A stretch of DNA of 64,000 bases, from contig CALGHE010000133.1 of NCBI GenBank assembly GCA_937915765.1, positions 8,387 to 72,386 of the forward strand. The letters run 5' to 3'. The notes beneath the pieces are model-generated. The model had not been told where the DNA came from. It did no database searches and saw only the letters and a list, made by a program, of their open reading frames with translations. This DNA comes from an uncultured Bacteroidales bacterium. Its GTDB lineage: Bacteria; Bacteroidota; Bacteroidia; Bacteroidales; Paludibacteraceae. Positions 18,683 through 28,400 of this stretch are shown piece by piece (position 1 is the stretch's first letter; each line of letters starts with the position of its first letter). The position numbers were made by a program, and so were the translations under genes.

Positions 18683-18704
18683 AAGGACGGAAAAATCCGT
18701 CCTT
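18683..18704 (+). promoter_or_regulatory. Stem-loop immediately downstream of the -7 box (leader hairpin, or a terminator of the upstream OMP gene)
   Basis: aaggacgg (18683-18690) pairs with ccgtcctt (18697-18704), an 8-bp perfect stem with a 6-nt loop. The following T tract is only weak, so the role is ambiguous. Confidence 0.35.
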
Positions 18705-18728
18705 GTCAGTTTTACTAAAACGTTTAAT

Positions 18729-20060
18729 TTGGACTCTTTTTTATCAGATTTTATAGTTGATGCGGTGCCGGATGCGAATGCTCGTCTGGCTCTGTTGCTG
18801 GTGTCGTGCGGAGTGGCGGCTTGTGCTTTGCTCTTCCTGTTTTTTGTGTTCTCGTTTTTCGAACACGCTCTCTTCTCCTTGTCTAAGCAGGAAATTGAGA
18901 AAATAAACCAGTCAGAGGCCAGTGAGTTCAAAGTGCTGAAAAAGATGCTGAAGACTCCGGAACGGTCTATGGCTATTGTCCTGACGGGGCATTTCCTTTG
19001 GGCTATCCTGATCTGTGTGTCTGTGTGCATGGCTGGTGTTTGCTGTTTCTCTGAGTTCCCGGCTGCGGCGGTTTTTGTCGCTTCTGCGTTTGTGGCAGTG
19101 CTGCTGCTGACTTTTTTCGGCGAACTTGTTCCGATTAAACTGAAAGACAGCGATAAAAAACTTAAATATCTGTATTCGTATTCGAAGATAGTAAATTCTT
19201 TCTCGAAAATTTTTTCACCAGTGGCGATGTTGCTGATGAAGGCGACCACAGTGGTCAGAAGAAGGCTTGACCTGAAGGCTCATCATGTAATATCTATAGA
19301 TGAACTGTCTGAAACTCTTAGCTTGAGCGAGGTGCAGGAGAAAGAGGAAAAGGGCATCTTGCAGGGGATTGTGGAGTTTGGAAATATCTCTGCCGACGAG
19401 ATTATGAAGCCGCGCGTTGATGTGGTTGACTTGGATTCGAAAAGCAATTACGAAGAGGTGCTCGCGCTTATTCGAGACTCGGAATACTCCAGACTGCCGG
19501 TTTATGAAGGCTCTATCGACAATGTGAAGGGCGTGCTTTATATAAAAGACCTGCTGAGGTATCTGGGCGAAGGCAAGGATTTTGAGTGGCAGAAACTGAT
19601 CCGTCCCGCATATTTTGTGCCGGAGACTAAGAAAATTGACGACTTGCTGAAGGAGTTTCAGAGCAAACATATTCACATGGCAATCGTGGTTGATGAATTT
19701 GGCGGAACGTCTGGAATCGTCACGCTTGAAGATATACTTGAGGTGATTGTGGGCGACATCTGCGATGAGCATGACGACGAGCAGAAACTTTATACGGTTC
19801 TGGACAGCCGCAACTTTTTGCTGGAGGGAAAGCTTGCTTTGACAGATTTCTTCAAGATTGACAAGATAGAAAAAGAGGTCTTCGCAGAGGTGGAGGCGGA
19901 TGCTGATACCCTTGCCGGACTTATCCTTGAGATAAAAGGAGCAATTCCTGTGGTAGGGGAGAAAATCGAATATAACGGATACGTTTTCCAGATTGTCTCT
20001 GCCGATAGCAGACGAATTAAAAAAGTGAAATTGCAAATACCAGAAGGTTATGAGAACTAA
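18729..20060 (+). CDS. gldE: Gliding-motility protein GldE (DUF21/CNNM transmembrane + CBS pair + CorC_HlyC domain)
   Basis: The domain order is an N-terminal TM region, then CBS-pair motifs (ADEIMKPRVDVV.., IHMAIVVDEFGGTSGIVTLEDILE), then a C-terminal transporter-associated domain. The gene overlaps a gldD-like lipoprotein gene by 11 nt, the arrangement known for gldE-gldD in Flavobacterium. The start codon TTG is uncertain. Confidence 0.8.
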   Translation: MDSFLSDFIVDAVPDANARLALLLVSCGVAACALLFLFFVFSFFEHALFSLSKQEIEKINQSEASEFKVLKKMLKTPERSMAIVLTGHFLWAILICVSVCMAGVCCFSEFPAAAVFVASAFVAVLLLTFFGELVPIKLKDSDKKLKYLYSYSKIVNSFSKIFSPVAMLLMKATTVVRRRLDLKAHHVISIDELSETLSLSEVQEKEEKGILQGIVEFGNISADEIMKPRVDVVDLDSKSNYEEVLALIRDSEYSRLPVYEGSIDNVKGVLYIKDLLRYLGEGKDFEWQKLIRPAYFVPETKKIDDLLKEFQSKHIHMAIVVDEFGGTSGIVTLEDILEVIVGDICDEHDDEQKLYTVLDSRNFLLEGKLALTDFFKIDKIEKEVFAEVEADADTLAGLILEIKGAIPVVGEKIEYNGYVFQIVSADSRRIKKVKLQIPEGYEN

Positions 20061-20628
20061 GATTTATTTCATGCTGATATTGACGGCTTTGTCGCTTTCG
20101 GGTTGTGAAAGTTACACGCCGAAGCCTATCGGTTACTTTAGAATCGAACTTCCGGAAAAAAAGTACGTGACGTTCGAGAGTGAAGATTATCCGTACTCCT
20201 TTGAGTATGCCGATGTGGCTAAGATTCAGGAGAAAAAGAGTAAGGATGACCCTTTCTGGATCGATGTGGTCTATCCTGATTTCCGCGGCCGAATTTATTG
20301 CAGTTACAAAAAAGTGAATGGTAATTTTCAGGAAATCTCGGAAGACTCCCGCTCTTTCGTCTATAAGCACACTGTGAAGGCGGACAATATCACAGAGCAG
20401 CCCTATGTGGATGAGGAGAGAAAGGTTTACGGAATGCTTTACGAGTTGCAAGGAAACACAGCGTCGGCGGTGCAGTTTGTGCTGACGGACAGTGTGAACC
20501 ACTTTTTCAGAGGAGCTCTCTATTTCAACACTGTGCCTAACCAAGACTCGCTGGCTCCGGTTGTGGAGTATGTGAAAGAGGATATTATACATCTTGTTGA
20601 AACAATGAAGTTCAAGGCGGTAAGGTGA
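20050..20628 (+). CDS. gldD: Gliding-motility lipoprotein GldD
   Basis: It has a lipoprotein signal with lipobox LSLSGC. Its size is about 190 aa, and PKPIGYFRIELPEKKY resembles the GldD N-terminus, as recalled from memory. It is encoded directly after gldE. Confidence 0.7.
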   Translation: MRTKIYFMLILTALSLSGCESYTPKPIGYFRIELPEKKYVTFESEDYPYSFEYADVAKIQEKKSKDDPFWIDVVYPDFRGRIYCSYKKVNGNFQEISEDSRSFVYKHTVKADNITEQPYVDEERKVYGMLYELQGNTASAVQFVLTDSVNHFFRGALYFNTVPNQDSLAPVVEYVKEDIIHLVETMKFKAVR

Positions 20629-20717
20629 AACCGAGGCTCTTTTCTGAATTTCGTTATTTCGTCTGGATGACCTTGAAGGCTGCGGTTAAGATTTAGGGCA
20701 AAAATAATAAAAGTCGT

Positions 20718-20738
20718 AATTTATAGAAGTTGTCTGCC
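20718..20738 (+). repeat. Dispersed intergenic motif copy 3 (fused to a hairpin repeat)
   Basis: aatttatagaagttgtctgcc lies 90 nt after the gldD stop. Confidence 0.65.
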
Positions 20739-20751
20739 TGGAAGGCAGTAC
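20732..20751 (+). repeat. 20-bp direct repeat, copy A, containing a small hairpin
   Basis: gtctgcctggaaggcagtac is identical to 20809-20828. It contains the internal palindrome ctgcc-tggaa-ggcag. Confidence 0.9.
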
Positions 20752-20808
20752 AAAGCGAAGCGGCGGTAACCCGTGACGAAGTCTCGGGAGAAAACTGATA
20801 TGGCGAAA

Positions 20809-20828
20809 GTCTGCCTGGAAGGCAGTAC
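20809..20828 (+). repeat. 20-bp direct repeat, copy B
   Basis: gtctgcctggaaggcagtac lies 77 bp downstream of copy A. Confidence 0.9.
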
Positions 20829-20934
20829 CAAATCACTTTGCAGCATTGCGTCATAAGAAAATTTAAAAAGAAAAACCGTGTTTCACTTTAATTTCACACA
20901 AATTATTTGGTGCAATATAGACCTTTAAAATCGT

Positions 20935-20956
20935 AATTTATAAAAGTTGCCTTATT
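20935..20956 (+). repeat. Dispersed intergenic motif copy 4
   Basis: aatttataaaagttgccttatt lies 217 bp downstream of copy 3 in the same orientation. Confidence 0.65.
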
Positions 20957-21005
20957 TTTATTAAGTCTAACACGTCGAATTGATGTTGTTTTAATAAAAA
21001 AGTAT

Positions 21006-21013
21006 TACCTTTG
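21006..21013 (+). promoter_or_regulatory. Bacteroidota -7 box candidate promoter for prs
   Basis: TACCTTTG lies 99 nt upstream of the ATG at 21112. Confidence 0.4.
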
Positions 21014-21111
21014 CAGAAATTTTGGAAATTGGCTGGTTTGGCGGAACTTTTGCTTGTTCTGCAAAATTCTGGCAGTTCCTTTGTCACAGACAGAAAATCA
21101 AATTTTCAAAA

Positions 21112-22050
21112 ATGGATAACAACCACCCTTTCAAAGTGTTCTCAGGCTCAAGTACTAAGTATTTGGCGGAAGAGATTTGTAAAAATTTAGGATGTCCTCT
21201 CGGCGAGATGAATATCCAGAAGTTCGCAGACGGAGAGTTTGGCGTCTCTTACGAGGAGTCAATCCGTGACAACTATGTGTTCCTTGTTCAGTCAACGTTC
21301 CCTAACGCTGACAATCTTATGGAACTTTTGCTTATGATAGATGCTGCAAAAAGGGCTTCGGCTTACAAAATTATTGCAGTGGTTCCTTACTTCGGTTGGG
21401 CAAGACAGGACCGTAAGGACAAGCCGCGTGTGGCAATCGGGGCTAAGCTTGTGGCTGACCTGTTGAGCACGGCTGGTATAGACCGCCTGATTACGATGGA
21501 CTTGCATGCAGACCAGATTCAGGGATTCTTTGACGTGCCGGTTGACCACCTTTACGCATCATCTATTTTCTTGCCGTATGTGAAGTCTATGAACCTTGAA
21601 AATCTTGTAGTGGCTTCGCCTGACGTCGGAGGCTCTAAGCGCGCTAATTCTTACGCGAAGTATCTTGGCTGCCCTATGGTGCTTTGCCACAAGAGCCGTG
21701 AAAAGGCTAATGTCGTGAGCGAGATGACTGTAATTGGCGATGTTGAAGGCAAGAATGTTATTATCCTTGACGATATGGTGGACACTGCCGGAACTTTGAC
21801 AAAAGCCGCAGACATTATGACTAACGCCGGAGCAGCTTCTGTCCGCGCTATCGTGTCTCACGCCGTTATGTCTGACCCAGCAAGCTCCAGAGTGGACGAG
21901 TCTAGCTTGACTGAACTTATATTCACAAACTCTATTCCGTTCACTAAGTCGTGCAAGAAGGCTCGTGTGCTTTCTATCGCGGAACTCTTTGCAGACACTA
22001 TCAGACGTGTCTATGCAGGTGAGTCAATCAGTGAACAGTATCTTTTGTAA
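21112..22050 (+). CDS. prs: Ribose-phosphate pyrophosphokinase
   Basis: Motifs present include MDNNHPFKVFSGSS.., VVPYFGWARQDRK, DLHADQIQGFFD.PVDHL and the PRPP-binding loop VIILDDMVDTAGT. I take the internal ATG at 21112, because the ORF-track extension from 21022 has no homology-like features and contains the promoter box. Confidence 0.92.
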   Translation: MDNNHPFKVFSGSSTKYLAEEICKNLGCPLGEMNIQKFADGEFGVSYEESIRDNYVFLVQSTFPNADNLMELLLMIDAAKRASAYKIIAVVPYFGWARQDRKDKPRVAIGAKLVADLLSTAGIDRLITMDLHADQIQGFFDVPVDHLYASSIFLPYVKSMNLENLVVASPDVGGSKRANSYAKYLGCPMVLCHKSREKANVVSEMTVIGDVEGKNVIILDDMVDTAGTLTKAADIMTNAGAASVRAIVSHAVMSDPASSRVDESSLTELIFTNSIPFTKSCKKARVLSIAELFADTIRRVYAGESISEQYLL

Positions 22051-22073
22051 AATATAAAGATTGCATATTGAAT

Positions 22074-22109
22074 GAGAGGTTGGCCTTTGGGTTGGCCTCT
22101 CTTTTGTTT
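22074..22109 (+). terminator. Terminator candidate after prs
   Basis: gagagg..ggcc / ggcc..cctctc form an imperfect stem at 22074-22101. It is followed by ttttgtttg. Confidence 0.45.
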
Positions 22110-22211
22110 GCAAACTCTCAAATGTTAATAAAATTAACAAAAAAAGAGTGTTTTTTGTGATGTTGTTGCGTTTTTGTTGCAAAATAGTTGGAATATTAGA
22201 TTTTAAAAAAC

Positions 22212-22219
22212 TATATTTG
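22212..22219 (+). promoter_or_regulatory. Bacteroidota -7 box candidate promoter for the HYR-repeat giant gene
   Basis: TATATTTG is present here. It implies an unusually long (~225 nt) leader to the ATG at 22445. Confidence 0.35.
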
Positions 22220-22444
22220 TGACGTTTTTGCTGAGAACTAAATTATTGGTAAATTAGACAACTGCAAATCAGTTACCTAACTTAATTTGTAAAATAAATT
22301 TTGCCAATAATCTAATGCGAAGTTGTGAAAAACAAGAGATCGATATTTGGATTAAATTATAAACTAAAAGTAAACCTTATGGTTTTATCTGAGATTAAGT
22401 CCGTTTTGGGCTACATATATGGAAGTATGAGAGGTGTTCTTGAC

Positions 22445-25400
22445 ATGACAATGTTGAGGAGGTATCGCTGTTTTGCTTTGATTCCAGTATTAACGATGTT
22501 GGCGGTTTCTGCATCTGCGCAAGATGACAATCAGAGTTCGGGAGGAGAGACGGAAGAACCAGTGCCGTTGGTTTTGACGGCTGATGTTCAATCTTCTTGT
22601 CCTGATATGCCTATAGTCTTGACTGCCACTGGTTTCCCAGGCAATACAGGCAATATAGCATGGGAGGTGGAAGTGCCCAATGAAGATAAGACAGGAATGA
22701 AGTGGAAACCTCTCGGCTCTACTGAATATAACGGTTCTGCTGCGGTGAATGTAGTTGTGATGCCAGATCAGGAAACGGCTTTGTTCAGAGCCTCTTTGAC
22801 AGGATATGCAGAACGTTGCTCTGTATCGGTGAAATTGGAAACAGATTGTCCGGATAGGTGTCATACAACCACAACAGGCGAATACTACTTGGGTACGGAC
22901 TTTACACCGAAGGATTCGTCAAATACAGGAGCAAAAGTACCAAATGATATATATCATCATTTCACAGAAGCAGGAATAGGTTTTAGAGGTAATGGGGCGT
23001 CTTATACCATAACGCAAGATTTTGGATATTCTCCAAAAAATATGGAGGATTTAGAGTCTAATTTTTATTATTGTAACACGGAGTTTAAAAACAACCCTTT
23101 CACACTAGTATTCCCAACTAAGGATAATTGGGGTAAATCTTACAGGTTTACAGCGAGGTTATATTTTGTTTTCCCTGATAATGGATGTACCCCATTTATA
23201 GATAATTCGGCTAAGATAATGACTCGAACGGGGCATGGAACATCAACAAATGATATGTTGGAAGTTTCGATATATGATGACGAGACTGGTGAACTGATTT
23301 TTAATGCTTCCGACAGTAGAGATGTTGCTCAAATAGATTTTGGAAAGCCAATTGGAGGATATGATTTTAAGAGATATGTGAACAATAAAAAAACAGGTAG
23401 GCATGCGTATAGGTTTGAGTTGACTTTTTACGGAAGTTTCCCTGCCCGACCTGATGGAAAGACAGAATTTACATTTGATCCGTATTTCGAACAATTTGTA
23501 ACAGGACAAAGTGGAGGTTGTCTCCCTGTGCTTGCCGTTGACTACATCAGTGCAGAAATTGAGAATGTGTGTGTCAATTCAAATCCGGTTTGTGAGGGAG
23601 ATACGGCAGTTGCGAATGCAGCAGGTTTTGCAAAAGATGCAGACTATCGTTGGTTCAGATATAATGATGAAGGTGGGGCATGGATGGAGCAGACTCATTT
23701 TAGGGGACAGAGCCAGATGGAAGTGCTGATTGATAAGATTGGCAAGACTTTGTATTATGTGTGTGATGGTAAAGGAGAATTTATTAATGGAGAACCAAAA
23801 ACTAAGTTTGAGTTCTTTATTGTGGGGCAGTCTTGCAAACCTGTGCCTGTAAAGAGCGTGGAGGGCAAAACTAACGTTTGTATAGCGGACGGGGCTACGG
23901 TTCAATATACTGTTCCGGAGAAGCAAATAGACAGTAATCCTAAAGTTAAGTACCACTGGTTTTTGAGAGATTCTGTCAATGGAATAGATTATAATGCGGC
24001 AGACGAGGCTTTTGGTATTAAGTCTATTGTTACTACGGGTACTCATAGCGAATCTGTTATATTCACTTTCAACAAAAACATGAAAGAGTACAAAGAGGGG
24101 GATATAAAGTTAGGCGTTTATCCAAGTACAGATGCTATTGGAGATACGCTGTTAGTAAATCTCACTCTGAGAGAAAAACCTGCAGTATCGTTAGAACTTC
24201 TTGGAAACTATTTTGCTCCCGGCACGTCTGAAACTGACAAGGAATTGTGCCCTGCGGATAAGTTCCAAAAGATTGTGGCTAATATAGCTTCTCCGAATGG
24301 TTATCCTGCAGATAAATACACTTTTGTGTGGTCTGGTGCTTCTGGAACCTCGGACACTGCAACTGTTGATATAGAGACGGTGGCAGACCGTTGTGACCCT
24401 ACGAAAGAGAAGTCCATGAAAATAGGTGTGTCGGTTTCGAAAGACGGTTGCGTGACTGATACTGCGAATACTTATAAAGTGCGTCCTTCTGTTGGCCCTT
24501 CGATTAATTGCGAAAGTATCAAAGATAATGAGCGTATCTTTATACTTGGCCCTACGCAGAGCGACACTTTGGTTCGTTTCCCTATACCTGATTTCTCTGC
24601 AGATTGCGACCCTAATCCAATTCTGACTATTGAGTTGAAAGGCAAGCGTACAAATCAGACAATCAGTTTAGGTAAATACACTGCAGATTCTATCAAGGCA
24701 GGTCTGATAGAAAGCAGTGTGTTGGATATTCGTCTGAAGAGTGACACCATAAGGACAACATATACTGTTAAGGATGGTTGTGACAGCACAAGGACTTGTG
24801 ACATTCTGTTTATTGTTAAGGACACAACAGCGCCTAATATAGATTGTGAGCTTATAGACGATTATAGCACAAAATTGTCATATTTCGGTTCGTGTGAGGC
24901 TGTTCCTGGCTTGCATGAGTCTTTGCCAACTCTTGTAGCTCCGGAATTGGAGGACAGGAATGGCTCTGATGGTGTGATAAAAGGTACATATTTAGGCCGT
25001 TTTAACGGAAAGGATGGAGGCGAGCCTAATGTTGACTTGACCAATTTTGATAAAAAGATTGCATTGAACGACAAATATGAATCTGGTAATAACTACATAT
25101 TGTGGGGCTTCTATGACTTCGACGGTAATGTGGCATATTGTATTCAGCTTGTAAGAGTGCTGGATGATATTAAACCAAATCTTTACAACTGTCCTGAAGA
25201 CCCTCTGATTGGCGAGGTCGGAATGGACCCTGAAAAGTGCGGTTTGAGTCTTGGTCATTTCCTTAAGAACTTGTCAGCGTCGCGTGTGCCTTATGCAAAA
25301 GACCAGTGCTCTTCTACAAAAGTGTTGAAGCCGCGTTATTTCTATAAATTGACAGGAACTGACAATCCGTGGGTTGAGATAGATACAACAAAGATGAATG

Positions 25401-28400
25401 ATATAGTTTTTGTTGTTGAGCCGGACAAGGATTCTGCGATTTATGATTTGGCTTGGAGGTTCTATAAGGATGGAGCTAACGGAGTTACTGTGAGTGACAC
25501 GACTTATGCGGAATGTGTCCAGACCTTCATACTGAAGGATAAGGAAGGCCCTAGAGGTGATTGCCGAGACTTGCCAGAGCATAATGTTAAGGTGAATCAG
25601 CATGCGTTGAACTCGGAAGTCGTGTTCAAATATGCGTCGGGTAAAAATCCTGACGGTGGAGCTGATGCGGTTGGTGTGATATATTCGTTGGCTGGCGAGT
25701 TTAACATTCCTGTGCCTGTGGATAATTGCGGCGGTGAAGTTATTATTGACATAGAACTTGTGGATCCGGGCAAGAAGGATGGGGCTGAAGAAAATGTGAG
25801 AATAAGCGGAAAAGGTGATGCGGCTGGTATTGCGAGTCTGATTGAAAAACTGAATCGCTATAAGTTCTATGTGGGTGTAACTCATGTTATCTATACGTTT
25901 ACGGACGAGCGAGGTAATAAAAATGTGTGTGACCAGCGTATAACTGTCTCAAGCAAGTATGCTCCTAATCCGGATTGCAGCAAGTCAATAGATCAGGAAC
26001 TGGTTTCTCAGGGAACTTGTAAAGTGGATTTGAACTTGAATCTTGGAGATGTGCCGACTGCGAATTTCCCTTATTTCTTGGAGGTGAGAGACAATAAGAC
26101 TGGCGAGCCTTATAGCCCAGAAAAGTACGATAGTTACCATGTTAATCCAATTTCTAAGGATATGCCGGGTGTAAAGGGTTATCCAAGTAAGGTTGTGAGA
26201 GTGACGAATGTGGATTCTATAACTCTTCTCCCTACTGCAATAAGCAAGACTTATGAGTTGGTTAACACTTATGATGAGATAGATAAGGTGGCTGTAAAGA
26301 TAGTGAATACTTACGATGATGCAGGTAATGTTACAGAAGAGGTTGTGCATGAATATGTGAACATTCATTTGAGTAACTTTAATCAGTTGCCAGATGAGTT
26401 GACAAAGGAATTTCCAACGGGAACACACCTTGTGACATGGTTCTTTGACAATGGTTACGGCGACATAGACTCTTGTGTTTCTAAAATTGTTGTGAAAGAT
26501 ACCACATCTCCGGTGTTTGACTGTAGCTCATTGGATACTATAAAGGCTCCAATAGATCAGGTGTCTGTATGTGAAACCGCAGTAGAGGTTGATATTCCGG
26601 AAGCTCATGATTACTGTAATCCGTCGTACATAGCGAAGGGTGTTGGTGTCCGTTCTGATAATTTGCCTTTGAGTGCGGTATATCCAGCCGGAATCACTAC
26701 TATTACGTGGACGTTTACTTCGCCTTACAGTACTTCGGCAAAGGTTTGCAAGCAGACTGTTCTTGTGCAGAGTGTTACTCCGCCAGTGTTCAACTGTGGC
26801 GATATTGAAGACATCAATGTTTATACAAAAGTGGATGAGTGTGATGTTACAGCAGACATGGTCGAGTTTGACCAATATTTTGCAAAAGATTATTGTACAA
26901 ACGACCCTGTTCCGGGAGTCAAGTCTCGTGAAGATGGAAGAACGTTTGAAGATAATTATCCGTTAGGAACAACTAAGATTAAGTGGTTGTTTGTAAGTCC
27001 TTACAGTTTGGTGGAAACTGTTTGTTTCCAAAATGTTATTGTTCATGATACGACGTTGCCGTCTGATTGGAAATGTGATTTGATAGAACCGCGTGTCATT
27101 AATGTGGAAATTAGCACTTCAGATGCATTTGTTTCGAAAGATGAAGTTGTAAAGTCAGGCTTGTCGCTCGATGGAAACATAAATCTGTTCAAAGACCCTT
27201 GTGGAGAAGTGCTTGTTGATTCAAAACGTTCGGATGGCAAGGCATTGACAGACAACTATCCTTTAGGAGAGACAACTATCACATGGACTTATAAAGACCA
27301 CGCTGGAAATGTGATGTATTGTGACCAAACGGTTATTGTTGGCGAAATGAGTGGCGGCGATATGAATTGTCCGAAAAACTTGGACGGAAAGACTTTCGGA
27401 TGTTACTCAGGTTTGGAAAACAGACCGTATGGTTCGTATGAAGAGTTTAAGGATGCGGTTCTTGCCGAGGGTAATGCAACGACAGTGTTGCCGTATGACG
27501 AAAAGTACATGAAACCAGGCTCGTTCGGATATACGGATACTCTTGCGGGAGATACTTGCAACATGACGGTTAAACGTACGTACTATGTTTATAATATTCG
27601 TGATGTGAAGAGTACTTGTGTGCAGAACTTTGCGGTTCATGATACTGTGGCTCCGGTCTTCGATGTTAATCCTGCAGATATAATTTTGAGCTGTGACAAT
27701 TATGAGATTCCAGATCCAGAAGAGCTTACAGCTGTGGACAATTGTGCAGGAGAAATGAAGATAAAGGCTGTTGTTACTAACTTCAGAAGCAAGGATCCTT
27801 CATCTTGCGAATATTACAATTACAAAATAGAGCACAAGTGGACTGCAACTGATGAGTGTGGCAATAGCAACAGTGTTTCAAGATATATCTACATCAAAGA
27901 TACTGTGCCTCCTACGGTTACATGGGATGCTTTCTTCAGAGATACTACATTGGCAGAGTTGGCAGGCTCGTGCGTGTTTACAGTTCCTGATTTTGAATCA
28001 AAACTGAAAGATAAGGTTTCTGATAATTGTAACGAGACATCTCGCATCTCAATTGTTCAGACTCCGCCGGCAGGTTCTCAGATAAAAGAAACGACAACGG
28101 TGAAGTTGAGGATTTTTGACAATTGTGATAATTCGGTAGATACATTCTTCGTGGTTCGTGTTTCGCCTCGTAAATCGATAGTTAAAGTGGAGGCAGAGGA
28201 CAAGAGCCTTTGTATCACGGAGACGACATCGCTCAACTCTAAGGGGGTCTTTAGCGTAACTGGTAAACTAGAACGTATTATCTTTGGCAAGATTCAGTCT
28301 GTTGACAGCCGTGTGTTTATTGATTACTATAAAGATTCGATAAAAGAGGAAAACTTGATTTTAAGTAACAATCCTACAACTTATTATTATAGTAAAGGAT

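Noticed and set aside
19215-20592. Minus-strand ORFs of 273 aa and 191 aa opposite gldE and gldD.
   Set aside because: The plus-strand products have CBS/CorC domains and a lipobox lipoprotein respectively. The antisense products are His/Arg/Ile-rich and featureless.
20732-20828. SRP (4.5S) RNA-like motif, considered because of the cctggaagg hairpins.
   Set aside because: The SRP domain IV apical loop is a GGAA tetraloop in a specific conserved context. Here the loop is 5 nt (tggaa), the flanks do not match, and the element is duplicated, which is inconsistent with an SRP RNA gene.
21022-21111. A 30-codon N-terminal extension of prs from a non-ATG start. Similar extensions occur at 4927 (Rpn-like), 22325 (HYR giant), 36004 (GH5), 37473 (HTCS), 41657 (CotH) and 17451 (OM barrel).
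   Set aside because: The extensions contain the predicted -7 promoter boxes, or precede an obvious signal peptide or the conserved N-terminus. I therefore preferred the internal ATGs.
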